The notes under the pieces were generated by a model, which saw only the letters and a list, made by a program, of their open reading frames with translations, did not search any database and was not told the DNA's origin. Below, piece by piece: positions 36,975 through 47,760 of a stretch of 64,000 nt of DNA. Each line of letters begins with the position of its first letter. Position 1 is the stretch's first letter. The position numbers and the translations under genes are program-made. The stretch is from Macrostomum lignano (Eukaryota): NCBI GenBank assembly GCA_002269645.1, contig NIVC01000850.1:124001-188000 (forward strand). The letters are read 5' to 3'.

Positions 36975-37995
36975 CAAGGCTTAAACAGGGAATTGCTGAG
37001 ATGCCATTGCTAACTAGCGGGGATTGCTGAAATGCCATTGGTAACTAGTGGGGATCGCTGAGATGCTAATGCTTACTAGGGGAGGATTGCTGAGATGCTA
37101 ATGCTTACTAGGGGAGGATTGCTGAGATGCTAATGCTTACTAGGGGAGGATTGCTGAGATGCTAATGCTTACTAGGGGGATTGCTGAGATGCCAATGCTA
37201 ACTAGGGGGATTGCTGAGATGCCAATGCTAACTAGGGGGATTGCTGAGATGCCAATGCTAACTAGGGGGATTGCTGAGATGCCAATGCTAACTAGGGGGA
37301 TTGCTGAGATGCCAAGTCTCACTAGGGGGGATTGCTGAGATGCCAATGCTAACTAGGGGGAATTGCTGAGATGCCAATGCTAACTAGGGGGGATTGCTGA
37401 AATGCCAAGTCTCACTAGGGGGGTTTGCTGAGATGCAAGTCTCACTAGGGGGGATTGCTGAAATGCCAAGTCTCACTAGGGGGGTTTGCTGAGATGCAAG
37501 TCTCACTAGGGGGGATTGCTGAAATGCCAAGTCTCACTAGGGGGGATTGCTGAAATGCAAGTCTCACTAGGGGGGTTTGCTGAGATGCCAAGTCTCACTA
37601 GGGGGGATTGCTGAAATGCCAAGTCTCACTAGGGGGGATTGCTGAGATGCCAAGTCTCACTAGGGGGGATTGCTGAGATGCAAGTCTCACTAGGGGGGAT
37701 TGCTGAAATGCCAAGTCTCACTAGGGGGGATTGCTGAGATGCCAAGTCTCACTAGGGGGGATTGCTGAGATGCCAATGCTAACTAGGGGGAATTGCTGAG
37801 ATGCCAATGCTCACTAGGGAGAATTGCTGAGATGCCAATGCTCACTAGGGAGAATTGCTGAGATGCCAATGCTCACTAGGGAGAATTGCTGAGATGCCAA
37901 TGCTCACTAGGGGGCATTGCTGAGATGCCAATGCTCACTAGGGAGAATTGCTGAGATGCCAATGCTCACTAGGGAGAATTGCTGAGATGCAAGTG
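36975..37995. repeat. ~30-bp minisatellite (GGGGGATTGCTGAGATGCCAATGCTAACTA)n with variant blocks
   Basis: Direct inspection; a degenerate relative occurs at 46615-46860. Confidence 0.93.
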
Positions 37996-38115
37996 CCAAA
38001 AGAAGACAAGATAAATACCCTTAAACACAGAAATAAACGCATTCATACACAAAACTAGCAGCAATAAGAAAGACTCAGCATGCACAGCAGGCAAAAGCCG
38101 CTGGTCAACACTCAC

Positions 38116-38459
38116 CTAGCATAGAGCACACTCTCCAGCATGCCCTCGTACAGCAGGCAGTAGCCCATCCATTCGGATACAATCGCGTCAACTTTGACTC
38201 CAACTTTGAGCTCATCTAGCTGCTCCAATTTTCCCCGATAGAAGCTAATCCGATTTTCGAGTCCATTTTCTGCGGCCGCCTCTTTAGCGCGCGCGATCAC
38301 CTCGGCGCAGTCGACTGCGAGCACTTTAGCGGCGCCGGCGCGGGCGGCGAACATGCTCAGAATGCCGGTGCCGCAGCCGACGTCCATGACAACGCGTTCG
38401 TTAAATAGCAACGGATTACCGGCGATGAAATCGTAATAACCGCCAGTACGAATGCGGTC
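38116..38459 (-). CDS. PRMT3: PRMT3 exon 3 (SAM-binding core)
   Basis: cacacag|DRIRTGGYYDFI...VMDVGCGTGILSMFAARAGA..V.AVD...[27 protein letters not shown]|gtgagt: motif I, post-I and the double-E loop. Confidence 0.95.
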
Positions 38460-38509
38460 CTGTGTGACAGTTGCGTTAGTTTTTTAGTAAGGGTTAGGTT
38501 TATATTTTT

Positions 38510-39785
38510 CCTCTCTCCTATTCTCTTCTCTTTCCTCTCTTCTTCTCTCATCTCCCTTCTTTCCTCTCCTCTCCTCTCCTCTCCCTTCTCTTCTCTCCTC
38601 TCCTCTCCTCACCTCTCCTCTCCTCTCCTCTCCCTTCTTTCCTCTCCCTTCTTTCCTCTCCCTTCTTTCCTCTCCTCTCCTCTCCCTTCTTTCCTCTCCT
38701 CTCCTCTCCCTTCTTTCCTCTCCTCTCCTCTCCCTTCTTTCCTCTCCTCTCCTCACCTCTCCTCTCCTCTCCTTCTTTCCTCTCCTCTCCTCTCCCTTCT
38801 TTCCTCTCCCTTCTTTCCTCTCCTCTCCTCTCCCTTCTTTCCTCTCCCTTCTTTCCTCTCCTCTCCTCTCCCTTCTTTCCTCTCCCTTCTTTCCTCTCCT
38901 CTCCTCTCCCTTCTTTCCTCTCCCTTCTTTCCTCTCCTCTCCTCTCCCTTCTTTCCTCTCCCTTCTTTCCTCTCCTCTCCTCTCCCTTCTTTCCTCTCCC
39001 TTCTTTCCTCTCCCTTCTTTCCTCTCCTCTCCTCTCCCTTCTTTCCTCTCCCTTCTTTCCTCTCCTCTCCTCTCCCTTCTTTCCTCTCCCTTCTTTCCTC
39101 TCCTCTCCTCTCCCTTCTTTCCTCTCCCTTCTTTCCTCTCCTCTCCTCTCCCTTCTTTCCTCTCCCTTCTTTCCTCTCCTCTCCTCTCCCTTCTTTCCTC
39201 TCCCTTCTTTCCTCTCCTCTCCTCTCCCTTCTTTCCTCTCCTCTCCTCACCTCTCCTCTCCTCTCCTTCTTTCCTCTCCTCTCCTCTCCCTTCTCTTCTC
39301 TCCTCTCCTCACCTCTCCTTTCCTCTCCCTTCTTTCCTCTCCCTTCTTTCCTCTCCTCTCCCTAGGCTTCTTTCCTCTCCTCTCCTCTCCCTTCTTTCCT
39401 CTCCTCTCCTCTCCTCTCCTCTCCCTTCTTTCCTCTCCTCTCACTTCTTTCCTCTCCCTTCTTTCCTCTCCTCTTCTCTCTCTTCTTTCCTCTCCTCTCC
39501 TCTCCTCTCCCTTCTTTCCTCCCCTCTCCTCTCCCTTCTTTCCTCTCCTCTCCCTTCTTTCCTTTCCTCTCCTCTCTCTTCTTTCCTTTCCTCTCCTCTC
39601 CCTTCTTTCCTCTCCTCTCTTCTCCTCTCCCTTTTTTCCTCTCCTCTCTGTTCTTCCCTCATCTCTCATCTTCTCTCCTCTTCTCTTCATTTTCTTCTCT
39701 CCTCTTTTCTTGTTATTCGTCTTTCGTCTCTCCTTTTCTCTCCCCTTCCCTTTTCTCTTCTCTTCTCTCCTCTCCTTTCTCTCCC
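38510..39785. repeat. 1.3-kb polypyrimidine/polypurine (CCTCT/CTT) tract in PRMT3 intron 2
   Basis: Direct inspection. Confidence 0.95.
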
Positions 39786-39961
39786 CTAGCTCGCAGTCAT
39801 GCGCTAGGTTCTTCAAAGTTTGTCAACCATTGACTTAGAAACACATTTTTTACAAAACTAAAATTCTTCAAAACATACTTTTCAACAAATCAATGCTTTT
39901 TAGATGGTTTCAGATTAAAATAAAAGAGAAAAACATTTAATACTTAAAAGCTAAGACTTAC

Positions 39962-40334
39962 CTGCAGCATCTCAGCGTGTATAGATGCGCCACTGTAGCT
40001 GTCAACATAGTAGCCATCTTCATCGTCCTTCAACTCGGCAATCGTACGCGAACTGGCAGCTGGAATGACGTCATCGCTGTTTCCACCCAGAGCGAATCGT
40101 CTAAGCACGGTTGACATGCTGACAATTTGAGTTTTCAACGATTCAACTTGCAACTCTAATTCAACTATGCGCTGGTCTTTGTCAATAGCCTGACTGTTAG
40201 AGTTTGACTTGCCAGCTGCTCTGAGATCAGCGGTGGCATGCAGTCCCTGCGATTGTAGAAGTTCTTCAATGTCGACTTCGTACATCAGCGGATCGTCAAT
40301 GTCACCAACAGGCGCTGATGGCATTGTGTTGTCA
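39962..40334 (-). CDS. PRMT3: PRMT3 exon 2
   Basis: aattcag|(G)DNTMPSAPVGDIDDPLMYEVDIEELL...TIAELKDDEDGYYVDSYSGASIHAEMLQ|gtaagt; resembles PRMT3 IADLQEDEDGVYFSSY..IHEEML. Confidence 0.9.
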
Positions 40335-40702
40335 CTGAATTAACCGAAAGGCGCAAAGAGAACCTTGGTTAGTATATATCGATCTGACTATTGCGTTACA
40401 ACCCCTGGTTTGACTTTGTGAGCGGCCACGTTAGTCTAGTAAGCCTTGTGTACTAAAATTGACCCAGGGCGACAAAAACAGCCGCTGTATACACCCAGGA
40501 GTCAGCGGAATAGGCACGTAGGACGATGTCGACTTAAGAGTTGCATCGGGGTGCACACAATCCTCCTACACACTTTATGGGCAGGGATGAACGGTGAATC
40601 GAATAGGCAGCGTGAAGGGATTGTGAATGGGCTCTTCACGGGGGGGAGCGCTGATAAAAGAAGCGTCATGTAAAAAATTCATTTGGGAATTGCTACGATG
40701 TC

Positions 40703-40989
40703 GCACGCGAAGGCGTATTCAGCATGCCAGTGAAGTATGAGACAGACTAGGCCCATGGGCTAAGGTCTGCGATGCTTCACGCCTGCCCCTATCTTCAGCA
40801 GGTCAAGGCTGGTGGGAGGTCTGCACCCTCTATTTGCCTCTGGCAGCCGCAGACCCCCCCCCCACGCTGTCTCGCAAGTCGACCCAGGGTACTCGTCCCC
40901 GCGTGTGTTCAAGGCAGTCCCTAGGGCTGCTGGACAGACTGGGCTCCGGCGCTGGCGACCCTATCCAGTGGCTTCGGCCGAATTTGGGT
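40703..40989 (+). ncRNA. HDV-like self-cleaving ribozyme at the LINE 5' end
   Basis: P1 GCACGCG(40703-09)/CGCGTGT(40900-06) with G.U at position 1; P2 ACCCA(40882-86)/TGGGT(40985-89); P3 GGG/CCC with L3 TACTCGT; P1.1 AC/GT; J4/2 C40979-GAA. Confidence 0.8.
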
Positions 40990-41221
40990 ATGCGGGTCTG
41001 GCTCGCCAACCTGCAGGCCGTGGTACTGCTCAACGTACTCTCTAATGCCTAAGGTGTTGACCGTGCCGATGGGCTGGAAGGCCGGGGAGTAGTCCGGTCG
41101 CAAGCGGTCCCCCTCCTGGTGTCGGGCCAGCCTTGAGGGTGCTATTGGCCTACTGCCCGGTCAGGTGGAGCGGCCGGGTGGGTACCGCGCCCCTTTGAGG
41201 GTAGCCCACCAACCTTTTATC

Positions 41222-42742
41222 ATGGCCTTCGAGCCGACTATGGATAAACAAGCTATTTCTAGGGATGGGGACCCTTCTAAACCCCAACCTCAGTCCGAAG
41301 GACCGGCCGGCCCTGCTGGCAGATCCCAACCGACTGATTCAACTGTGGCAAAGGAAGGACCGGCTGGCTCTGCTGGCAGATCCGACCAGAGCTACCAAAC
41401 TCAAAATACCCTAAGACCTGCCAGCTCCGCTGGTGGATCTAAGGGAACCGCGAGCTCTGAGCCTAAAGGACCGGCCAAATCTGGCAGATCCGATGAAGCT
41501 CAGCGGGCTCGGCTTGAGCGCAAACGCGCTAAACAACGCGCCAAAAGGCAGGCCAAGAAGGGAGCTGCGGGGGCCAAAGCGGCGGCGTCCACCATGGATG
41601 CTGAAGCGACTGGAGTCCCAAGGCAACCAGGCGGGCCGGCCGGTGGAAGCTCCAGTAGTTCAGCGGCGGCGCTCCCTGGAGCTGCTGCCGCGGCTGCTGA
41701 GGCCGAAACCACGGCGCAACAAATGGCCACTGCCAACAAGGAGGTTCCTTCGGGAGCTACCTTTGCGGCGAAGGCCAAGGCCAAAATCCCGGGAGTGATC
41801 ATCCAAGGTCGCGACCAGGACTGGACCACTGATCAGCTTCAAAAAGTGTGGAGTGCTGTTGACTCCTATCTGATTGAGCTGACTGTCGAGGAGGGAATCT
41901 CCATCGGCGTTGAGCGGATGGTGCTGCGAAGCACATTCGTTCTTATTGCTCCTAGCAGCGAGGAGGACGCTCGGCGGCTGCTCCAGCGGCTACCGACGGT
42001 CTCCTTGGATGCTGACCTTGGCGGAGCTCTTTTTCTTCGCGAGGGCCAGCGTCCAAAGACGATACCCTATGTGGTTTTCGTCCCTGCTAAGAGCACCGCA
42101 GCTGGACCAGACGTTATTCGCCGGGTCCTACTGCGTCTGAACCCCGACCTCCCTGCTAGTGGACTGGTGTATCACCGTAAAGTCCGCAGGGGGGAGACGG
42201 GCAACTCAATTGTCCTCGGCCTTTCCAGCACTTGGGCGAGTCGGTACCCTAATGGATCCTCTTTCCAGCTGGGTGCCCTCAAGCTCAAGTTGCGCCGAGG
42301 AAAGTCTGCCAAAGGGAAGGCTACTGCCAACCCCGGCATCTCCGGCAAGAGCGGGGCGCAGTCTAAGGCCCAAGGAAAGGCGCAAGCCGATCCCAAAGCC
42401 AAAGCTGCATCTCGCCCCTCTGCTAGCAGCAGTTCGGCGACCGCGGTAACGGCTCCGGCCGAGCCCCGGGAACCAAACCTGCCAGTCGGAGAAGGAGTTG
42501 AGGACGAGGCCGGGTCTTCGGAATCCGAGCTCTCCTCGGCCACCTTGGTGGGGTCTGAAGGTAAAGATGCAGGTGAGGAAGCTTCCTCCATCCTGTCATC
42601 GGAGCCTGAGGAGTCTGCTGGGGGGCCGGTGGGGGTGAGGAGGCCATGGACGTCGACCAACTCCCATCTCCCAGTCAAGCCCCAGCGGCCTGGGACGAGG
42701 ACGATCTGTTGTCCAAGTCTCCTTGATGACCCTGGGCTCTAG
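41222..42742 (+). CDS. LINE ORF1 (basic/Ala-rich, DUF4780-like core, no CCHC knuckle), 506 aa from the first ATG
   Basis: Long open frame just upstream of ORF2; RLERKRAKQRAKRQAKK and VLLRLNPDLPASGL...IVLGL...FQLGALKLKL resemble LOA-type ORF1 (from recall). Confidence 0.75.
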   Translation: MAFEPTMDKQAISRDGDPSKPQPQSEGPAGPAGRSQPTDSTVAKEGPAGSAGRSDQSYQTQNTLRPASSAGGSKGTASSEPKGPAKSGRSDEAQRARLERKRAKQRAKRQAKKGAAGAKAAASTMDAEATGVPRQPGGPAGGSSSSSAAALPGAAAAAAEAETTAQQMATANKEVPSGATFAAKAKAKIPGVIIQGRDQDWTTDQLQKVWSAVDSYLIELTVEEGISIGVERMVLRSTFVLIAPSSEEDARRLLQRLPTVSLDADLGGALFLREGQRPKTIPYVVFVPAKSTAAGPDVIRRVLLRLNPDLPASGLVYHRKVRRGETGNSIVLGLSSTWASRYPNGSSFQLGALKLKLRRGKSAKGKATANPGISGKSGAQSKAQGKAQADPKAKAASRPSASSSSATAVTAPAEPREPNLPVGEGVEDEAGSSESELSSATLVGSEGKDAGEEASSILSSEPEESAGGPVGVRRPWTSTNSHLPVKPQRPGTRTICCPSLLDDPGL

Positions 42743-42765
42743 CCAGATATTGCATTTAATACAGT

Positions 42766-45700
42766 ATGACTAAGCTCCACGCTGCCAAAGGAGCGACATT
42801 CTGTCTGCAAATAAATTTACAGCATTGCGTATCTGCGTCAGTAAATCTGATGAAGATTGCTGAGCTGTACAGGCCAGGCCTCATCCTGATCCAGGAACCC
42901 TGGATGCGCAACGGTAAGTTGCCCAACATTCCCTCTGGCTACTCTGATTTTTATGTGTGTGGCCCGGGGAACAGCCGCCCTAGAGCGGCTATCCTCGCTG
43001 CTAGCCATCTCCAGGCTTGGCTGAGGACTGATCTCTCTGATGGAGACCTTTGCGTCATCCAATCTAATCATTTCTCTCCGCGTACGTGTCTTGTTGCCTC
43101 GGTTTATATCCCAGGCGACAGAGACCCTGCTCCCGAGAGTTTACTGCGCCTTGCGCAGTACTGCGAGTCCCAGAACGCTGAGCTGTGCTTAGGGGGCGAC
43201 CTCAACGCGCACCACAAGCACTGGGGCAGCAAAGATACCAACACTAGAGGAGAGGAGCTTCTGGCCCTCATCTCTAACACAAACCTCATGCTCTGCAACC
43301 GCGGCAGCACTCCTACCTTTAATAATGGCAGATGGACCGAGGTCCTCGACGCCACACTCGTTACCCCAAGACTCTTTGACAGAGTCAAGGAGTGGAGAGT
43401 CTGGTCTGAGGAGCCCTCCCTGTCTGACCACTGCTTTATCGCCTTTAATATCGCGGACACTAAAACCCAGTCTCCGATCACTTGGAGACGCAATATCCGC
43501 AACACTGATTGGGCGGCCTACAAGGCTGCCCTTGATCTGCACCTGCAGGAACTCACGGACTTACGTCCGATTGAGACCTGCGAGGATGTGGATCATATGG
43601 CTGAGACGCTGACAGGTTGCATTATTGCAGCCTACGAAGCGGCTTGTCCTGCTCGCGCCTACAGAGGCAAGACCTCGGCGCCGTGGTGGAACCCGGAGCT
43701 GGGGAAACTCAGGCGGAAGGCCAAAAGCCTTCATCGCCGTGCCATGAAGACCGGAAACCCGGAGGACATGGAGCTTTTCCGGCAAGCCTCCCGCAATTTC
43801 AAATCTGAAGTGCGCAAGGCCAAGGAATGTAAGTGGCGCCAATTCTGCAATGAATTGGATCAAGACAGACCTACTTCTAGGCTTGTCAAGGCCCTTACAA
43901 TGGACAAAATGTCCAAATTAGCCATGATCAAAAAAGATGATGGCTCTCTTACTAAAGACCCTGAAGAAGTGCTTCAGCATATGCTTAGCACATTCTTCCC
44001 GAGGGTACCTACTGCTAGACCGGAGCCCAACCATTCGATGGATGGAGCCACCCTAGCGGCGGGCATTGTCACTGAAGACCTAATCGCTCGTGCGGTCAGA
44101 ACCTTCAAACCCTTCAAATCTCCTGGACCTGATGGTATCTACCCTGTTCTCCTTCGTGAAGCAGCCAAGATACCCTCGTTCCTGAGACTCACCCGCAATC
44201 TTATGCGGGCCTCTATCCAGCTGGGATACGTTCCCAAAAGCTGGACTGAAGCTCGAGTAGTCTTTATTCCCAAACCTGGGAAGGGTGACTACCAAAGCGT
44301 CAAGGCCTTCCGGCCAATTAGCTTAACGTCAGCAATGCTTAAGCTCACTGAGAGGCTTATTCTCTGGCGGCTGCTCTCCTGCGAGCTGACAGCGATGCCC
44401 CTCAGCAATAATCAGCACGCCTTCCGTACCGGGAGGTCGACTGACAGCGCCCTGCATGCGATTGTCGAAAAGATTGAACGGGCGGTACTGGGTGACGGTT
44501 ACGCCCTGGCTCTCTTTCTTGACATTGTTGGCGCCTTCGACAACGTTATCTTTGAAGCGTTTCAGAGGGCCCTTCAAAATCGCAAAGCTCATGCTACCCT
44601 CATACGGTGGATCATGTACATGATCTCCAACCGTACGGACACTGCCCAACTTCTTGGGCAAACTGCCTCCACCAGAGTCTGTAAGGGTGGACCCCAAGGC
44701 GGAGTCCTCACCCCGACGCTCTGGAACCTGGTCATGGACGCTCTTCTGAGTGACTCCCGACCTGACCCCGTCTTCAAAGTCGGGTATGCTGATGACGTCA
44801 CGGCCATTGTGGCAGGACCGTCTCCCAGCACGCTCAGGGATCTGATGCAGAGCTTTATCCGCAAAGCAGAATCCTGGGCCAATGACAATGGTTTGGAACT
44901 CTCTGAGCCCAAAACCGTTGCCATTATGTTTACCAGCAGACTACGCTGGAACATACGTCCTCTGCAGCTCTACGGCAGAGATATTGCCTTCGCGCACCAG
45001 ACCAGATGTCTCGGGGTCACACTTGACCACCGGCTCAACTGGTCCTTCCACGTGAAAGCAAAAGCTAAGCGTGCCTCAGCCATCCTGGCCCAGCTCCGAC
45101 GAGCACTTGGCACTTCTTGGGGTCTATCCCCAAAGCGGCTTTGGTGGATCTATACTTCCGTAGTTAGACCTGCCATTACGTACGCCTCTGTTGTCTGGGT
45201 TAGCGCTACCCAGGTCAAAAGCCATGCAGACCTGCTCAACACGATCCAAGGCAGAGCGTGTAGGCTCATCTGCAACGCCACCAGGTCCACGCCCTTTGCT
45301 GGCATGGGGGCCTTTCTTAATCTTCCGCCTCTTGACCTCTTCATCAGGGGTGAGGCGGCTAGAACGACGCGGCGTCTAATTGATGCCGGCGTCAAATTCA
45401 TTTACATGAGAGCACCTGCTAAGCGGAACCTTGTCCCGCATAGCGATCTGTGCCTCAACTTTCTCAACGAGTGTCAGGCCAATCGCGTCTTCACCGATGG
45501 CATTGCCTCAACGCTCAACCTGAGACAGCGCTACTCCGTAGCTATCGACTCGCGCGATAACATCAATGACCATTGGAACCCTGGTGAGCTTCATTGCTAC
45601 ACCGACGGTTCTAAGCAGTCAGCCAACACCGGCTTTGGTGTTGGAATCTTTCTGAACGGGAGGGTCATCGCTACCCACGCTCAATACACTGGGGTCAACT

Positions 45701-46506
45701 CCAGTGTTTTCCAAAATGAAGTTCTGGCCATCAGCTCCTGCACTGCAGAGCTTCTCGCCACTGGCGTTACTGGTAAGAACATCATTTTCCATTCGGACAG
45801 CCAAGCTGCCTTGCACGCCATCAGTGGCTGCAGCACCAACTCTGCTACAGTCCTTGACTGTATCAAACTCCTCAATGTGTTGGGTTCCGCCAACAAAATT
45901 ACCCTTAAGTGGGTTCCGGGGCATGTGGGGATCCGAGGAAATGAGTTGGCTGACACCCTTGCAAAAGTTGGTGCCTCCGGCTCCTCTCTCGGCCCCGAAC
46001 CTCTTGTCCCGATTCCTGGCTGTGTCATCGACTCGCGCATCAAAGCGTGGATCAGGACTCAGCACCGCTCGACTTGGGCGAACCGCACGAACTGCAGGCA
46101 ATCCAGAGGCGCTGTCCCTCAGCCCTCTCACCAGCTCCGGAAGCTCCTCTTGCGCCTCTCGCGCAGAGACATCCGGGCTGCCACCATGACCCTCTCTGGT
46201 CACGGCTGCTTCTCCAGGCACCAGTACCTGCAGGGCAACGCCACCAACGCCACCTGTAGTTTCTGCAACTCAGGTGACGAAACCGCTGAGCATTTCGTCA
46301 GCATCTGTCCCGCCTTCACGCGGGCCAGACTCACTTACCTCGGGCCACACACATCTATTACTGAAGCGTGCAAACCCGAAAACTTTAATCAGCTCATGCG
46401 CTACCTTCGGGCCACCCGCAGGGCTGAACTCTCCTTTCCAGAGAGCACCATAGCTGCTGGCGACACTGGGGGACCTCCCTGGGCGGCGCCAACCCTCCGT
46501 CCATAG
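42766..46506 (+). CDS. LINE ORF2: APE endonuclease - RT - RNase H - CCHC, 1246 aa, intact
   Basis: APE QINLQH, LIQEP, GDLNAHH, LDATL, SDH; RT KSPGPDGI, FRPISL, QGGVL, YADD; RNase H YTDGS, QNE, SDSQ, GHVGIRGNELAD; CSFC...EHFVSIC. Confidence 0.96.
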   Translation: MTKLHAAKGATFCLQINLQHCVSASVNLMKIAELYRPGLILIQEPWMRNGKLPNIPSGYSDFYVCGPGNSRPRAAILAASHLQAWLRTDLSDGDLCVIQSNHFSPRTCLVASVYIPGDRDPAPESLLRLAQYCESQNAELCLGGDLNAHHKHWGSKDTNTRGEELLALISNTNLMLCNRGSTPTFNNGRWTEVLDATLVTPRLFDRVKEWRVWSEEPSLSDHCFIAFNIADTKTQSPITWRRNIRNTDWAAYKAALDLHLQELTDLRPIETCEDVDHMAETLTGCIIAAYEAACPARAYRGKTSAPWWNPELGKLRRKAKSLHRRAMKTGNPEDMELFRQASRNFKSEVRKAKECKWRQFCNELDQDRPTSRLVKALTMDKMSKLAMIKKDDGSLTKDPEEVLQHMLSTFFPRVPTARPEPNHSMDGATLAAGIVTEDLIARAVRTFKPFKSPGPDGIYPVLLREAAKIPSFLRLTRNLMRASIQLGYVPKSWTEARVVFIPKPGKGDYQSVKAFRPISLTSAMLKLTERLILWRLLSCELTAMPLSNNQHAFRTGRSTDSALHAIVEKIERAVLGDGYALALFLDIVGAFDNVIFEAFQRALQNRKAHATLIRWIMYMISNRTDTAQLLGQTASTRVCKGGPQGGVLTPTLWNLVMDALLSDSRPDPVFKVGYADDVTAIVAGPSPSTLRDLMQSFIRKAESWANDNGLELSEPKTVAIMFTSRLRWNIRPLQLYGRDIAFAHQTRCLGVTLDHRLNWSFHVKAKAKRASAILAQLRRALGTSWGLSPKRLWWIYTSVVRPAITYASVVWVSATQVKSHADLLNTIQGRACRLICNATRSTPFAGMGAFLNLPPLDLFIRGEAARTTRRLIDAGVKFIYMRAPAKRNLVPHSDLCLNFLNECQANRVFTDGIASTLNLRQRYSVAIDSRDNINDHWNPGELHCYTDGSKQSANTGFGVGIFLNGRVIATHAQYTGVNSSVFQNEVLAISSCTAELLATGVTGKNIIFHSDSQAALHAISGCSTNSATVLDCIKLLNVLGSANKITLKWVPGHVGIRGNELADTLAKVGASGSSLGPEPLVPIPGCVIDSRIKAWIRTQHRSTWANRTNCRQSRGAVPQPSHQLRKLLLRLSRRDIRAATMTLSGHGCFSRHQYLQGNATNATCSFCNSGDETAEHFVSICPAFTRARLTYLGPHTSITEACKPENFNQLMRYLRATRRAELSFPESTIAAGDTGGPPWAAPTLRP

Positions 46507-47166
46507 CGACGCGTCGGCCGTTCAGGGACTAGCGGAATGGGCGCCCGCGCCTTCCCGCTGTGTCCCCTCCGGGACAGCCCTGCAGCTAAGTCAAGTAAGT
46601 CAAGCTACGATGTCAAGGCTTGGAGGGAATCGCTATAATGCTGTAATGCTATAATGACTCTTGGGGAGAACTACTAAAATTTCAAGGCTTTACGGTTAGG
46701 GTTAAGGTTAGGGTTAGGGGGTTTCAACGTTGACAGGGGATTTTTTAGATTGCAAGGCTTATGGGGGGCATCGCTGAGATGTCAAGGGGGGTGAGTAGAA
46801 ATGTTAAGGCTTATGGGGGGAATTGCTGAGATGCAAGGCTTACATGGGGATTGTTGAGGTTATTGCAAAGAGACGTTAGATGTAGTATATTAAAAAATAT
46901 TGTACTCCCAAGTTTTCGGCTCCCCAAACGGGGGGGGGCGCTGATTGCTAGTCATCTCTCACGGACTTAGCAAGTGCTGAATTTTGAATTTATTATATAA
47001 TAAATTGGCCAAATTCTGTATGCGTTGAATTTCAATATTGCTGGATTTTCTGAAAGTATCGGCAATTCGGAATTTGTCAATAATGATAATACAACTATAT
47101 TTTTAAGAGACTTGATGCAACTACACTACTAACCACACCTACAGAATCAGTAGTATAAAAACTCAC

Positions 47167-47522
47167 CCACTGCCATCCTGAACGGCACCAGCTGTTACTC
47201 GAAACTCGTCCAACAGCTGTTGGAGCCTACCATCCTCAGTTGTTGTTGCATTGAAATTCTTACTACGAACAAAAGCCACAAACTGTACCCAGGTGGGCTG
47301 ATCCTGCACACCAATGCTGACTAATAAACTGGCAAAATTGGCAATACCATGAGCAGCTGGCAAATGTTTATTGATTAAATCATCCAAATCAACTGAAGCT
47401 TGGTTGCGACAGAAAAGACACTGGAGACGAGACTGTCCTATGCTCATGTCAGTGTCTCCATCATTAGCTAGCTCAACATAATCATCATCATTATCATCGC
47501 TATCACTGCCGCAGTTATTCAT
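47167..47522 (-). CDS. PRMT3: PRMT3 exon 1 (acidic N-terminus + C2H2 zinc finger)
   Basis: MNNCGSDSDDNDDDY...CLFC...KHLPAAH...WVQFVAFVRSKN...G-GG|gtgagt; phase 2 joins exon 2; spliced CDS is 547 aa. Confidence 0.88.
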
Positions 47523-47760
47523 ACCAACAGTAGTATAGTCAGTCTGAAAGCATATTTTTCAAAATAAAATATCAAATATGTTTAAAAAACAATGGGTACA
47601 TACTATGGTTATTAAGCAACCTAAAATTAGTTTTAGTTTCTATACTATATCTAAATGAACAATCAATGAAAAACTGCGCATGCAATAACCAGATTTAATA
47701 ATACACAGAATGCATTTAAATGGAAATCTCAAGGCTCTAATCTAAGATATGTAGAGTCTA

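Larger units (their letters stand above)
40703..46603 (+). mobile_element. Full-length non-LTR retrotransposon, LOA-like (I superclade), 5.9 kb, 11-bp TSD
   Basis: TSD GCTACGATGTC at 40692-40702 and 46604-46614; two intact ORFs; 3' end TAAGTCAAGTAAGTCAA; lies antisense in PRMT3 intron 1. Confidence 0.93.

Noticed and set aside
38484-39816. Arg/Glu/Gly-rich ORFs
   Set aside because: Translations of the polypurine tract.
42838-46259. Antisense and alternative-frame ORFs within LINE ORF2
   Set aside because: Shadow ORFs with no recognisable domains.
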